Virus record (IMG/VR): IMGVR_UViG_3300045988_176686
DNA from: a virus
Length of the DNA stretch: 64,000 nucleotides
Reading direction: 5' to 3' (one strand)
Below the pieces are notes generated by a model. It was given only the letters and a program-made list of their open reading frames with translations. It was not told where the DNA came from and did not search any database. Shown here in pieces: positions 7,601-16,717 of the stretch; positions within the stretch are counted from its first letter, which is position 1, and every line of letters begins with the position of its first letter. The translations under genes were made by a program, and so were the position numbers.

Positions 7601-10024
7601 ACGCAGCGCATAAAAGAGTCGTTGGTCTTCAGGAGCCATTTTCTGTTTTGCTTCTGTAGTATATCCGCCCGCCATACTGTTATTATATATGGCGGTACGA
7701 GTTGTAGCTTCCTTATCTCCTCTCTTTATTGAAGCTAAAACGGCAGCTGCGTGTTTAGAGCCAAATCGTTTTGCAAGGGTACCAATAATATAGCTCATAC
7801 TTTTAGAGCTATTATCCTCCTCAAAACCCTTCAAAACGCTTGTACCAAAACCAGCTGGAGCGACTTTTTCATATTCACCCAATCTATCAAGAGCCCATCC
7901 CGCACGAGGTTTAAGATATTTATTACGATCCTCTTGCATAGATTCCAAGTAAATTTTTGCTTGAATAGCCCTTGATGCTTGTCTATAAGATTCAGCCAAA
8001 TCCAGTACAGCACCATTTTCCTTCTTCAGGTTTTTAAAGTATTGTCCGAATTTGTCATTATAGATCTTCATTGCAGCACTATATTCTTTCGACCCTTTCT
8101 TGGCATTCCGAATGGCATTATAATAAGCATCCAGTTCACCTTGCGCTTGGTTTGCGTTTTTCTTAACACCTTCAAGCGAACTATTGAACCTATCCACTGA
8201 TTCTGTAGCATCATCTGTCTTTTTAACAAGGCTATAAACCCACACGCCAAGTTCAGCCACAAGCGAAATTGCAAGACCAATTACATTTGCCTTCATAGCC
8301 AAACTTAGTTCTCTCCACTGAATCTTCAAAAGGCGAACCGCGGCAGCATTGCCAGTAACAGCCAGTGTAAGTAAATAGAAAAAACCAACTATGCCGCTAC
8401 CAGATACACCTACCATTAAAGGTATTAACTTTGAAAAAGCCCACACCAGACCCCTCGTACCCAGATAAAGCACAAGTCCTGGGAGTATAGTAAGAAGAGC
8501 TTCAAAAGAGGTTTTTATTTCCCAAAGAAGGATTTTTACAGACCCCATAAAAGGCATCGATTGCGTAAGCGTTTTAGAAAAATCGTACCAAGCCTTTGCA
8601 ATTTCCTTCACCACGTCTATGCCGTCAGGATTTACAAAAGCCTTACTCCACATATTATTTGCACGTTCAAGCAATGCTTGTGCGGTTTCTTGCTGAATGG
8701 CGTATTCCTTTTGTACAGCAGTGGCATCCTCATAAGCTTCGCTCGATTCTTGCAAATGCGATTTCAGCACATCTACATTCTGTGCCATAGTCACAACCAC
8801 CTGTTTCAGTCGCTGACCATCCGAACCAAACTCCTTGAAATACGCATCCATAGAGTTTAAGTTTTTGTTGCTCACATGTTCGAGTACTGTTACAAGAGCC
8901 TGCATGGTCTGCCCCTTCTCCATCATGCCCTTCAACGAATCCTCTTGCATGCCCAGCATCTTCTCAATGTCATGGTAATTCGTCCACAAACTGCTTATCA
9001 ATTTACCAAAAGCAGTACTTGCCACTTCAGGCATCAACATCAAAGAGTCACTGGCAGAAGCAAGACCAAGGAGCTGGTCGCTCGTGATATGCGACACCTT
9101 AGAAAGACCTGTCAAGCGTTTTGCAAATTCAAGGATGTTGTTACCATTCGCAGTAGAAGTTGAAGCCAATTTGAAGATAGAACTTGATACAGCATCGAAG
9201 GCACTACTAATGTTACCGCCATGCTTCTCTACCTCGCCCATTGTTTCAACAAACTTAGACAAGGTAAGCATAGCATCGTCACCCAAATCCTCCTTCAAAG
9301 CTACATTCACGCGGTCGCTCGCTTGGGCAAATTCAGCCAAACCTTCAGCTCCATATTTACCCATACCCATACGAGAACCCACATACGCCAACTGTGTCAG
9401 CCCTTCGAGAGAAGTTCGGCTATCCACCTTTGCCAACATACGCGACAAGTCGTTCACAGAGTCCATTGATAGGTTACTCACCTTGCGCACATTCGCCAAA
9501 GAATCGGAATATTGAAAATTCAATTTCAGTACATCAGTTAATTTCGACTTTATCATATTAAACGCACCAAACAACCCCACATAAGCCGTAAGGTTTTTCA
9601 TAGCGGTACTCCATGCGCCGCCTTGCTTGTGAACCGAGCCTGAGAGTTTGTCTATTTGGGCTTGAAGGGTTTTTACGTCCTGTTGCTTCTTCTTTAAGTT
9701 CGGATCATCTTGAAAGGTGGTGCCAAGAACCTTTTTCGCAGATGCAAGGGCTGTGCGCAATTTACGAAGCGAAGTGGTGGAAAGATTATCAATAGCATGT
9801 TTCACACGCTCTTCGTCCGTGATATTTTGCGAAATTGCCGAATTATAAGAAACCAGTTCTTTCTTCAGTTTGTTAAACTCTCGCCTTCCTTTTGCGGTCG
9901 TCACGTCGAGCGCAGCCATTTTTTGTTTAATGGCATCGGTGCGCTGTGCTAACTCGTCCATAACCTTTTTGGCTACGGCAGCATTGGCAGTAATGACAAT
10001 TTGAGTTTTCTTTGATGTTGCCAT
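4607..10024 (-). CDS. phage tail tape-measure protein
   Basis: 1805-aa ORF with a long Lys/Glu/Gln-rich helical N-half and a central cluster of hydrophobic helices (ILPGLVLYLGTRGLVWAF, GIVGFFYLLTLAV, VIGLAISLVAELGVWVYSLV). It also has a late Gly/Ala hydrophobic patch (LGPIAGPIAAAAVMALLTGL) and a C-terminal VAENGPELVIGRE-type segment. This architecture is typical of long-tailed-phage tape-measure proteins. At about 0.15 nm per residue it would set a tail of roughly 270 nm. Confidence 0.8.
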   Translation of the reverse strand: MATSKKTQIVITANAAVAKKVMDELAQRTDAIKQKMAALDVTTAKGRREFNKLKKELVSYNSAISQNITDEERVKHAIDNLSTTSLRKLRTALASAKKVLGTTFQDDPNLKKKQQDVKTLQAQIDKLSGSVHKQGGAWSTAMKNLTAYVGLFGAFNMIKSKLTDVLKLNFQYSDSLANVRKVSNLSMDSVNDLSRMLAKVDSRTSLEGLTQLAYVGSRMGMGKYGAEGLAEFAQASDRVNVALKEDLGDDAMLTLSKFVETMGEVEKHGGNISSAFDAVSSSIFKLASTSTANGNNILEFAKRLTGLSKVSHITSDQLLGLASASDSLMLMPEVASTAFGKLISSLWTNYHDIEKMLGMQEDSLKGMMEKGQTMQALVTVLEHVSNKNLNSMDAYFKEFGSDGQRLKQVVVTMAQNVDVLKSHLQESSEAYEDATAVQKEYAIQQETAQALLERANNMWSKAFVNPDGIDVVKEIAKAWYDFSKTLTQSMPFMGSVKILLWEIKTSFEALLTILPGLVLYLGTRGLVWAFSKLIPLMVGVSGSGIVGFFYLLTLAVTGNAAAVRLLKIQWRELSLAMKANVIGLAISLVAELGVWVYSLVKKTDDATESVDRFNSSLEGVKKNANQAQGELDAYYNAIRNAKKGSKEYSAAMKIYNDKFGQYFKNLKKENGAVLDLAESYRQASRAIQAKIYLESMQEDRNKYLKPRAGWALDRLGEYEKVAPAGFGTSVLKGFEEDNSSKSMSYIIGTLAKRFGSKHAAAVLASIKRGDKEATTRTAIYNNSMAGGYTTEAKQKMAPEDQRLFYALRYIMQARSARHTDRQIINKYAPVQGEITDYVNSLSDGDETLVPDHKKKHNKKDDKLREQEQSAKARANALVSNIKAFYEEQKRKYLEWVTTMNADGEKVSDGQQQQMLDYIDTRMSTALGKAKQSIAKNSDEWEKFLQEMPIKDMMVKTDETSKDLIEAMKGSNIKELHDLFEKLSGDLSKENHQTLSENLGALLDQIFANGSKELREAAEKLLAQQREIQKILNENDYTGAVNRDTRSNFDKLGFLQPAKGLRADSSSGLQQMSESFDALTTKARASVTELYKLNPASDTFKSDFLEYLSVANEGFDFSALNVQKLKALYYELIKYTESYTEAEKQQYDKAKKIIDFDWSKKARNKEVQDCIKLIEMQQKMYGKQSTFGSNLGLTDIKNDPEIALMKARMQAAEDYYAFVKQNTNNQKLREEAERARYEAELAYVNQVAASMKERLSQMKSFVQPIEDFGAAVGQALATMKDDAKSANEAIKSALKSMLESWSKMALDDVNKQMWQAINNAGVKNANDKAKPDIKAARMASAKAASNGELNIPSDLGTAANPIHAIIDVMPLGNLGLEDKNGNPTGVPYAESEDHKNVKPVSTEHSPSGKTGNAPASPTTAVLPTTTNVASQTGEAAASVATGQYSFGEAAAGMAGSVIGAIMNTDFGSKQSRREKREQRKQQREAKKHQKELTKETKQGVKERETINKKGNKEITKSTEEESKAQVKTEELKQNTTNAIVDTALNTNFQLKKNNDQQVVEQSKNTAQAENTFSIVGAVGKCFEFLGPIAGPIAAAAVMALLTGLMQWGLNAAFGGGKNKSNNSSSKNTKLVSGMLTYDSGNVQDMKPFVGDNGEIYWAKEQYKPKSGVNLLTTPTATTINGQRALVAENGPELVIGRETTKAMMMNNPSLLKALVNYDANYSGRNAARRAFDEGNLAEALGNLSSGASATDGLIADSRAANTALITAINTLMQRLDQPIHAKIDMYGRGNLYDSMSKANQFMKGKS

Positions 10025-10043
10025 ATTTGTTTAGTTTTTATGC

Positions 10044-10571
10044 TTAAAAAAGTTTGATAGGACTCGCCTCTTCAAAGGTGTTAATCATACGAACGGCACC
10101 CTCCATTCCGTAAAAGTCTGAAAGATATTTACCTATGCGGTCTGTAAGGTGGCGCAACTCCATCATGATAGCGGGACGTTGCGACTTACCCGCCTTACGA
10201 TCCCATTTCGAGATGTAGCGAGTTCGGTAGTTAGCCTTCCTTGAATTATCCACATCCTCATACTTCGTTCCCATACCCACACCCATTTCGGCAAATCGCA
10301 TGTAGTCGTTAAATGTAAAAGCCATGGTCACTTTTCCAGCTTGTCCTGCTTCAATAATCTTTCCGGCAAACGAATGTGCGCCCTCTCCAGTAGAGTGCCA
10401 CATGCCCATTTCCTTGCGCTTTTGGTTCACCACTGCATAGCCATTATACACCTCTTTGGGGTAAATACATTGCGTCATGGTATTCACCTCTAACTGCGTA
10501 ATGGTTTGTTGAAAGTAGCGAGCTGCCACTCGCGGAAATGGAAATATCGGATTTGTAATAGGCTTTCCCAT
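10044..10571 (-). CDS. hypothetical protein (immediately upstream of the tape-measure gene)
   Basis: 175-aa ORF whose stop lies 19 nt from the tape-measure start. It could be tail-associated by position only. Confidence 0.6.
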   Translation of the reverse strand: MGKPITNPIFPFPRVAARYFQQTITQLEVNTMTQCIYPKEVYNGYAVVNQKRKEMGMWHSTGEGAHSFAGKIIEAGQAGKVTMAFTFNDYMRFAEMGVGMGTKYEDVDNSRKANYRTRYISKWDRKAGKSQRPAIMMELRHLTDRIGKYLSDFYGMEGAVRMINTFEEASPIKLF

Positions 10572-10577
10572 ACGGCT

Positions 10578-11159
10578 TTATTTATTATCGGGTTGCATGA
10601 TGTACTTATCGTTTCCACCGCAGCCAAATTTATAAAGCGGTTGCAGGCTTTTCCAATCTACACCTGCCACAAGCCATTGCCCAGCATAAAGGTCGCCAAT
10701 CAGTCCACACGATATGGTGCTCACATCAATGCTTTGCAATTCGGCTTGAATTACGGGATCGTCAGCAAACGAGCGTCCTGTGACGGGACATTTGCCTGTG
10801 CGCTTCACTTGCACTATCCACGCCACAAGGTCTTTGCAGTATTCCATCAAGTCCTCAGCGGCTTGTTCAATTTTGTGTCCGTCGTATCTGCCCAAAGTTT
10901 GTGGTGTGTCCTTCACCTTAGCTAAGAACCACACTTGATGCGACACCTCCATTTTGTTAGCGTCGCGAAATTCACCCGTGTTGATTACGCTTTGTAGCAT
11001 ACAAGGCGAATGCACCACATTGGCGTTGCGACTAAAAATGTTTTCGAGGTCGATGTAGCGAATCCTAAAAAACGCTTGTTCCTCCAGTTTGCCTTCGGGT
11101 TTATGTGAGAGGGGTTTGTAAATGGTTGCCCAATGTTCAAGAATGTTGCTGATGGTCAT
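10578..11159 (-). CDS. hypothetical protein
   Basis: 193-aa ORF. Its start overlaps the stop of the upstream gene by 1 nt. Confidence 0.6.
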   Translation of the reverse strand: MTISNILEHWATIYKPLSHKPEGKLEEQAFFRIRYIDLENIFSRNANVVHSPCMLQSVINTGEFRDANKMEVSHQVWFLAKVKDTPQTLGRYDGHKIEQAAEDLMEYCKDLVAWIVQVKRTGKCPVTGRSFADDPVIQAELQSIDVSTISCGLIGDLYAGQWLVAGVDWKSLQPLYKFGCGGNDKYIMQPDNK

Positions 11160-11761
11160 TATTTATCCTCCTGTGGTTTAGGGTTGGTTTCTGTTTCGGT
11201 TTCTGTTTCGGGGTCGGGGTTCGGGGTGTTTTCGGTAGATGCGTCTGCGTCGCTTTTTTCCATGTTCTCTACATCTGCCATAAGTTCTTTAAGTTTGATA
11301 TTGAAGTGGCGTTCGGTTTTGTCTGCCACAATCTTCTGCACCACCCTTGCCCATGCTGCACCATTGCAAGTACTTTCGTTTTCGAGAATGCTCACGAATT
11401 GCACCGAACAGTAAATTACGGCTAAATAGTTAGCAAGGTGCAACTCGCCCATGTGCGCCAAAAGGTCGTTGTCGATAATCACGGCTAAGAAAATAGCCAT
11501 GATAAGCACGGAAAAGTCTTGCACCATTTTAGCCATTTTCTTAGAGCGAAGTTTACCGTCCATTTTGCACTTAGGGTTGCGCTTTATAGCTTCTCGGTAA
11601 CGCGAATAGATGCGACGGTTGCACCGCCACGCGGTGTAACAATCCAGAACGAGCGCGAAGAAACACACCGAGATGTAGTTTAACGACGGCTCAATGTAGC
11701 ACCAAAGAATACCGATGAGTCCGGCTACGATGCGTGTGATGATTGGGGCTGCTGCTTGCAT
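11159..11761 (-). CDS. holin-family-like membrane protein (Phage_holin_4_1-like)
   Basis: 200-aa ORF with several TM helices. The motif VIYCSVQFVSILENESTCNG resembles the conserved (E)xxSIxEN segment of LL-H-type holin family proteins. It has an acidic Pro/Glu/Thr-rich tail. Confidence 0.55.
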   Translation of the reverse strand: MQAAAPIITRIVAGLIGILWCYIEPSLNYISVCFFALVLDCYTAWRCNRRIYSRYREAIKRNPKCKMDGKLRSKKMAKMVQDFSVLIMAIFLAVIIDNDLLAHMGELHLANYLAVIYCSVQFVSILENESTCNGAAWARVVQKIVADKTERHFNIKLKELMADVENMEKSDADASTENTPNPDPETETETETNPKPQEDK

Positions 11762-11864
11762 AGTTGTTTGTGTTTAGTTGTTTGTGTTGTTTAGTTAGTT
11801 GTATGTAAGTCTTATTTTGAGTATGACTTTTTACTGTTCACTATTGTTTTTATGTTCAAAGGTA

Positions 11865-11872
11865 AGCTTAGC
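11865..11872 (-). promoter_or_regulatory. Bacteroidota-type -7 box (TACCTTTG on the minus strand) for the leftward tail operon
   Basis: Plus strand reads CAAAGGTA, about 100 nt upstream of the ATG at 11761. It is divergent from the box at 11969. Confidence 0.4.
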
Positions 11873-11968
11873 TTTTTGCAGAATAAGGACATTGTTGGGA
11901 ATGGGAATGAGAGAGACAAGCAAACGTTCAAATGTCAGCATTGTCCGTAGGGATTAAAAATCAATATT

Positions 11969-11976
11969 TACCTTTG
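11969..11976 (+). promoter_or_regulatory. Bacteroidota-type -7 box (TACCTTTG) for the rightward packaging operon
   Basis: Exact TAnnTTTG match 31 nt upstream of the ATG at 12008. Confidence 0.45.
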
Positions 11977-12007
11977 CATCAAACAAAAGAATAACACCCA
12001 AACCATT

Positions 12008-12847
12008 ATGAGCCAAATTACCAAGGGCACACTTGCCCGAATTGACAAATGGTTGTCGTGTGGCACGAGCATTGAAATGGCTTTTCCAAAGTTGGAGCAG
12101 CGTTACCGCATGCAGGTGTGTGGCGAGTTCTACAAGCGTTGGCAACAGAACAACGACATTGACCCTCGCACCACCTGTCGCAACATTGCCCGACGCGATT
12201 ATGAGCTATTCTTCAATCAAGCGGCACAAGGCAACCAAGATGCGCAAGCTATGGTGCTTGCCTTGCACATTACGATCGACGATGAAGGCAACATACGTCC
12301 GCGCACCGTGACGGAGATTAACAACGACGTTACGGTGTGCAACCATCTCATTCGTTTTTTTATGACAGACGAAAGTCCGCGCCACAAGGCGATGTATCTG
12401 AGCAGTGCCGAATGGCTGATACGCACAGGCAAACAGCAAAACAACGATCGTGCAGTAGATAAGGGTATGCAAGCCTTAGCGAATGTGTATGGCAACTTCC
12501 AGGAAGAGAAGGACGCTACCGACGAGATGCCCGACATGAGCCGCATTTCTATCACGCAGGATGTGAGCATTGTGAAGCGCGACCGCGTGAACTACACTGA
12601 TGAGTACAAAGCGAAGATGGCACGCAAGTATGGACTTACGGCTAAGGATATGCAAGACATTGAAGAGGATGCTTTGCTTGCCACGAAGCCCGAACGCGAG
12701 AACGAGGAAGAGCCAGACTACTTTGCGTATATGGAGGAACAAACCGAACAAGAAGATGCGCAGCACCCTCACTCCGCTGCTGCCGAGGCAGAAATGCCCA
12801 TGCCTAACACCAATACCGGCCATGAAGCGAAACAGCAAGGGGAATAA
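12008..12847 (+). CDS. hypothetical protein (possibly a small terminase subunit, by position only)
   Basis: 279-aa ORF, the first gene of the operon that ends in terL. It has an acidic C-terminus. I recognise no diagnostic motif. Confidence 0.55.
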   Translation: MSQITKGTLARIDKWLSCGTSIEMAFPKLEQRYRMQVCGEFYKRWQQNNDIDPRTTCRNIARRDYELFFNQAAQGNQDAQAMVLALHITIDDEGNIRPRTVTEINNDVTVCNHLIRFFMTDESPRHKAMYLSSAEWLIRTGKQQNNDRAVDKGMQALANVYGNFQEEKDATDEMPDMSRISITQDVSIVKRDRVNYTDEYKAKMARKYGLTAKDMQDIEEDALLATKPERENEEEPDYFAYMEEQTEQEDAQHPHSAAAEAEMPMPNTNTGHEAKQQGE

Positions 12848-13061
12848 CCATTATCACAACAAGCGCCCGCCTTTTCGTCCCGACCCCGAACATTGGACGC
12901 GCAAGAGTTCGCACGGATGGAAGGCTAAGGTGAGTTACAACACCGAGGACGATGCCTACGAATGGTTGAACCAACAACCGCGCCTTCTAAACGAAGGTTA
13001 CAAGGCTTACTTATGCAAAGTGTGCAATAAGTGGCACATTGGGCATAAGCGTGAGGAATAA
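12822..13061 (+). CDS. small basic protein with a C-terminal CxxC-WH motif
   Basis: The internal ATG at 12822 of the 12600..13061 ORF gives a 79-aa protein, MKRNSKGNNHYHNKRPPF...YLCKVCNKWHIGHKREE. It overlaps the previous gene end by 26 nt. The longer N-terminal extension looks like out-of-frame noise. Confidence 0.45.
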   Translation: MKRNSKGNNHYHNKRPPFRPDPEHWTRKSSHGWKAKVSYNTEDDAYEWLNQQPRLLNEGYKAYLCKVCNKWHIGHKREE

Positions 13062-13119
13062 GTTTTGGGGAATACAATACTAACTACACACTAACCCACA
13101 CAAACAAAAAGAAACGAAT

Positions 13120-14156
13120 ATGAAATACGGATTACCGTACAAAGGGAGTAAGAACAAACTGGCTGAGCGCATTGTGCGCCTATTGCCCCGACGCACCAAC
13201 CTTGTAGACTTGTTTTGCGGGGGTTGCGCTATTAGCCATGCCGCCTTGCTTATGGGTAAGTTTGAGCACATTTACATTAACGACATCAACTGGATGTGCC
13301 CCACCCTATTTATGGATGCCTTGCAGGGCAAATATGCCAACGACACGCGGTGGATTAGCCGTGAGGATTTTTTCCGACTACGCGACACCGACCCTTACGT
13401 GGCTATGGTGTGGTCGTTTGGCAACAATATGCGCGACTACCTTTATTCCAAAGAAATTGAACCGCTGAAAAAAGCCATTCACTATGCGCTGTTCTTTTCA
13501 GATTATTCGCTGGCAAAAGCACTGGGGCACGACCTTTCGTTTGTTGACGCCATTAAGGATGTGCAACAACGTTATCGTTCCGTAAGACAGTATTTCAGTC
13601 AGTTGGGCACTTCCAACAACAATCTTTTGAGGGGGGGGGAATATCCGCGCGATTGGAAACGATGGAGCGACAGCAAACACGCTCCGTCTTTCAAAAAAAA
13701 AAAATCCAAAAACGACCTTGGGAGGCAGAACACAGAGATCGCACAAACAGCCTTACACATATTGCAATACCAAGAGCGGTCACACAACCTGCCCAGAAAT
13801 ACATGTGTGGAAAAAAGTTACCCATCACGCCATCTGTGCTTAGCTACGAGCAAGTGGTTATACCGCCAGATAGCGTAATCTATTGCGACATTCCTTATGA
13901 AAGCACAAACAAATACAACAAAGCAGAAAATTTCGACTACGAACGTTTTTACACATGGACAGAAAGTCAGACTCCGCCCGTGTTCATCTCCTCCTACCAA
14001 ATGCCCACCGACCGATTCGACTGCATTGCAGAATATTCGCACCGTTCTACGCTTAACGACAAAAAGAATAATGCCGTAACCGAGCGCATCTTTGTGCCAA
14101 AGCACCAAACTGAGCGTGGCAACATTTGCCAACAACTCACATTTCCATTGTTTTAA
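13120..14156 (+). pseudogene. Dam-like (D12-class) N6-adenine DNA methyltransferase, reading frame interrupted
   Basis: The N-terminal part in frame 1 reads MKYGLPYKGSKNKLAERIV...LVDLFCGGCAISHAAL, giving a YxGSK motif and an FxGG motif I. The C-terminal part in frame 3 reads SVIYCDIPYESTNKYN, a DPPY-type motif IV. The two frames overlap across a G9 run (13631-13639) and an A12 run (13693-13704). A 1-nt insertion in either run would fuse them. Confidence 0.75.
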
Positions 14157-14183
14157 CACGAACAAACAACCACACAAACAAAT

Positions 14184-14465
14184 ATGATTATCATTAAAAT
14201 CAAAACGTGGAAGGACTATAAAAAGGACTTCATAAATTGGGTGCAAGCACCGCGACGCAAAACTTGTAAGGAATTTGTGAATTACATGGGAAGCGTTTCG
14301 CAAAAAGTAGTAGACAAGCGTCTTGCTGAAGAACTCGACAAAATAGAAGGGTTGAACGCAGCGCAAAAAGACAACATCATTCGCACCGCACAACAAGCCA
14401 TTGTGGATTGCCAAAAAGGTACTTGCCAGTTGATTAACGAATGTGTACCCCAAAAACTTTTATAA
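14184..14465 (+). CDS. hypothetical protein
   Basis: 93-aa ORF in the operon, preceded by a C/A-rich leader. Confidence 0.55.
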   Translation: MIIIKIKTWKDYKKDFINWVQAPRRKTCKEFVNYMGSVSQKVVDKRLAEELDKIEGLNAAQKDNIIRTAQQAIVDCQKGTCQLINECVPQKLL

Positions 14466-14481
14466 CACGAACACCCACCAC

Positions 14482-14736
14482 ATGAAAAAGATAAACTATT
14501 CCTCGCAATCACTGCGCCACATCATTAGCAGTGCAATGGTAATCTTTATTCTGTTAATCATTGCAGCTTGCTTTTTAGTGACTGTTTCGGTAATGAGAGC
14601 CATTTCCTTTGCGCTATTCATAATCAGCGCAATCACTGGGCTCTACTTAGTAGTTTTTATAACAGTCGATACGTTCTTGGATAAATTAAAGCATGAGCAC
14701 GACAAGAAACAAAAACACCACACCACATGGAAATAA
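14482..14736 (+). CDS. small membrane protein
   Basis: The ATG at 14482 (MKKINYSSQ...) follows a TAACACGAACA leader like that of the 14184 gene. The protein has two hydrophobic helices. Confidence 0.5.
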   Translation: MKKINYSSQSLRHIISSAMVIFILLIIAACFLVTVSVMRAISFALFIISAITGLYLVVFITVDTFLDKLKHEHDKKQKHHTTWK

Positions 14737-14957
14737 CCGGCAAGTTTCTTCTTCGTTGCATGCGTCACACCTCTATATGGGCATTGGACACTTTCATCAT
14801 GGACGCTGCCTATCATCTTCAACACCTCCTTCCACCCATACCGTGCATATTGATAATGGCGGTGGGGATATATATCTTCGTATTCTACATGGTGCGCCTC
14901 GCAGGGTTTCTTGCATGTATTCTTTGCGGCGATGAATTGTTTAAGGACGAAAACTGA
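14727..14957 (+). CDS. small membrane protein
   Basis: 76-aa ORF with two hydrophobic helices. It overlaps the previous stop by 10 nt. Confidence 0.5.
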   Translation: MEITGKFLLRCMRHTSIWALDTFIMDAAYHLQHLLPPIPCILIMAVGIYIFVFYMVRLAGFLACILCGDELFKDEN

Positions 14958-14997
14958 TTAACTAAACACCCCATGCAACAACGACCTCACCAAATTT
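14956..14997 (+). repeat. direct repeat copy 1 (duplicated terL 5' junction)
   Basis: GATTAACTAAACACCCCATGCAACAACGACCTCACCAAATTT matches 16718-16759 at 41 of 42 positions. Here it opens only a 22-codon dead-end ORF (MQQRPHQILKNY...). Confidence 0.9.
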
Positions 14998-15022
14998 TGA
15001 AGAATTATAAAACAACAACACC

Positions 15023-15319
15023 ATGTACATATCAATTTTAGATTACAGCCGAGGAACGGTTTCCATTATATACGACACTGAAAACGTGACCGAGAACATG
15101 CAGAACGAGGACGTTTATACGCTACTCGACACATTAGGTTTTCATAAATCGAATATCTATTTTATGATTTCTAAGGAGAACCCTTACGAACCAGTGGGAG
15201 AATACATCACCTTGCAAAAACTTTGTGAGGATATAAATGAAGACAGAATAGAGGAATTGTCACATAACCTTAATCTCTCTACTGAAGACTTGACAAGAAA
15301 GGAGGTTCACCATGGCTAA
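15023..15319 (+). CDS. hypothetical protein
   Basis: 98-aa acidic ORF, the first gene inside the repeat-flanked cassette. It overlaps the next gene by 8 nt. Confidence 0.55.
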   Translation: MYISILDYSRGTVSIIYDTENVTENMQNEDVYTLLDTLGFHKSNIYFMISKENPYEPVGEYITLQKLCEDINEDRIEELSHNLNLSTEDLTRKEVHHG

Positions 15320-15905
15320 GGACTGGGTTGGCGGCTCGGCTGCTGTGTTTAAGACATTAGGCGCAAGTAACCATACGGCTGCGGATAGGCAAAGTGAGGA
15401 TTACTATGCCACCGAACCAAAAGCTACAGAATGGCTGTGCAAACTGGAGCAGTTTGAGGGCAGGATATTGGAACCTTCGTGTGGTGAGGGTCACATGAGT
15501 AGGGTGTTAGAGGCAGCAGGGTATGACGTGGTGAGCCGCGACCTTGTGGATAGGGGTTACGGCAAAGTGGCAGACTTTCTTGCAATAGACAATTTGAAGT
15601 GGGATGGAAACATCGTGACCAATCCTCCATACAAATTCGCGCAGCAGTTTGTTGAAAAGGCTCTGAGCATCATTCCCGAAGGAAAGAAAGTGGCGATGTT
15701 TTTGAAACTGACTTTTCTCGAAGGCAAGGCACGACGCACTCTCTTCCGTTCTACCCCACCCATTCGTGTATGGGTAAGTTCTTCACGACTGAAATGTGCT
15801 ATGAATGGCGACTTCGATGCTTTCGGCAGCAGCGCAGCGGCTTACGCTTGGTTTGTGTGGGAGAAAGGCTATAAAGGTGAGACAACTGTAAAATGGTTTA
15901 ACTGA
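15312..15905 (+). CDS. N6-adenine DNA methyltransferase (NPPY type)
   Basis: ILEPSCGEGHM is a SAM-binding motif I-like segment. It is followed by IVTNPPYKF, the catalytic NPPY motif IV. Confidence 0.75.
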   Translation: MAKDWVGGSAAVFKTLGASNHTAADRQSEDYYATEPKATEWLCKLEQFEGRILEPSCGEGHMSRVLEAAGYDVVSRDLVDRGYGKVADFLAIDNLKWDGNIVTNPPYKFAQQFVEKALSIIPEGKKVAMFLKLTFLEGKARRTLFRSTPPIRVWVSSSRLKCAMNGDFDAFGSSAAAYAWFVWEKGYKGETTVKWFN

Positions 15906-15926
15906 TAGATTTACAAAAAACAAAGC

Positions 15927-16697
15927 ATGATAGAACTGAATAAGATATATAATGAAGACTGCCTTGAAGGAATGAAAAGAATACCGGACGGGAGTGTGGA
16001 TTGCATTGTGTGCGATTTGCCGTATGAAGTTCTGAACAAAGGCAATAAAAAAGCACGATGGGATAACATGATCCCGATGGAGCCTCTATTCAAGGAATAC
16101 TGGCGAATAGCGAAAATTAACGCTCCTATTATTCTCTTCTGCCAAGGAATGTTTACGGCACAGCTAATGATGGCATCACCTGACACATGGCGATATAATC
16201 TAATTTGGCAAAAAGACAGACCAACGGGCTTTCTCAATGCGAAGCGAATGCCGATGCGGAGCCATGAGGATATTGCTGTGTTCTATCGTGCGCTACCTAC
16301 ATACAACCCGCAAATGAGACAAGGTTCCCCCTCTCACTCGCGAGGACATAAATGCGGAAAAGCAAATGGTAATGTCTGTTATGGCAACTATAATATTGAG
16401 ACCTACTCTAAAGAAGTAACAACAGAGAAATATCCTATATCTGTATTGTTCTTCGACAAAGAAAAGAATCTTGATATGCACCCCACTCAAAAGCCCGTAG
16501 ATCTTATTCAGTACCTCATTCGCACCTACTCCAACGAGGGCGACACCATATTAGACAACTGTATGGGCAGTGGCACCACTGCCATTGCTTGTATAAAAGA
16601 GAAGCGCAACTTCATCGGTTTTGAACTCAACAAGGAGTATTACGACAAGGCTTGCAAGCGTATCAAACAGGAGCGGGCGCAACTTACCCTCTTCTGA
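15927..16697 (+). CDS. beta-class amino-DNA methyltransferase (N4-cytosine or N6-adenine; N6_N4_Mtase-like)
   Basis: VDCIVCDLPYEV, a (D/S)PPY-type motif IV, lies near the N-terminus. TILDNCMGSGTTAIAC (motif I) and FIGFELNKEYY lie near the C-terminus. This motif order is the beta class. Confidence 0.85.
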   Translation: MIELNKIYNEDCLEGMKRIPDGSVDCIVCDLPYEVLNKGNKKARWDNMIPMEPLFKEYWRIAKINAPIILFCQGMFTAQLMMASPDTWRYNLIWQKDRPTGFLNAKRMPMRSHEDIAVFYRALPTYNPQMRQGSPSHSRGHKCGKANGNVCYGNYNIETYSKEVTTEKYPISVLFFDKEKNLDMHPTQKPVDLIQYLIRTYSNEGDTILDNCMGSGTTAIACIKEKRNFIGFELNKEYYDKACKRIKQERAQLTLF

Positions 16698-16717
16698 TAA
16701 CACACAAAAAAACAAAC

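Noticed and set aside
4881-9952. Many plus-strand ORFs of 60-150 aa inside the tape-measure gene (for example 5388..5849 and 9084..9515)
   Set aside because: They are shadow frames opposite an uninterrupted 1805-codon ORF. Their translations are low-complexity (Ser/Leu/Phe/Cys-rich), and they lack promoters or operon context.
10044-11159. Expected -1 programmed frameshift chaperone pair (gpG/gpGT-like) upstream of the tape-measure gene
   Set aside because: The two upstream ORFs are separated by 6 nt, with no overlapping extended frame. I found no slippery heptamer leading into an open -1 frame, so the canonical arrangement is not supported here.
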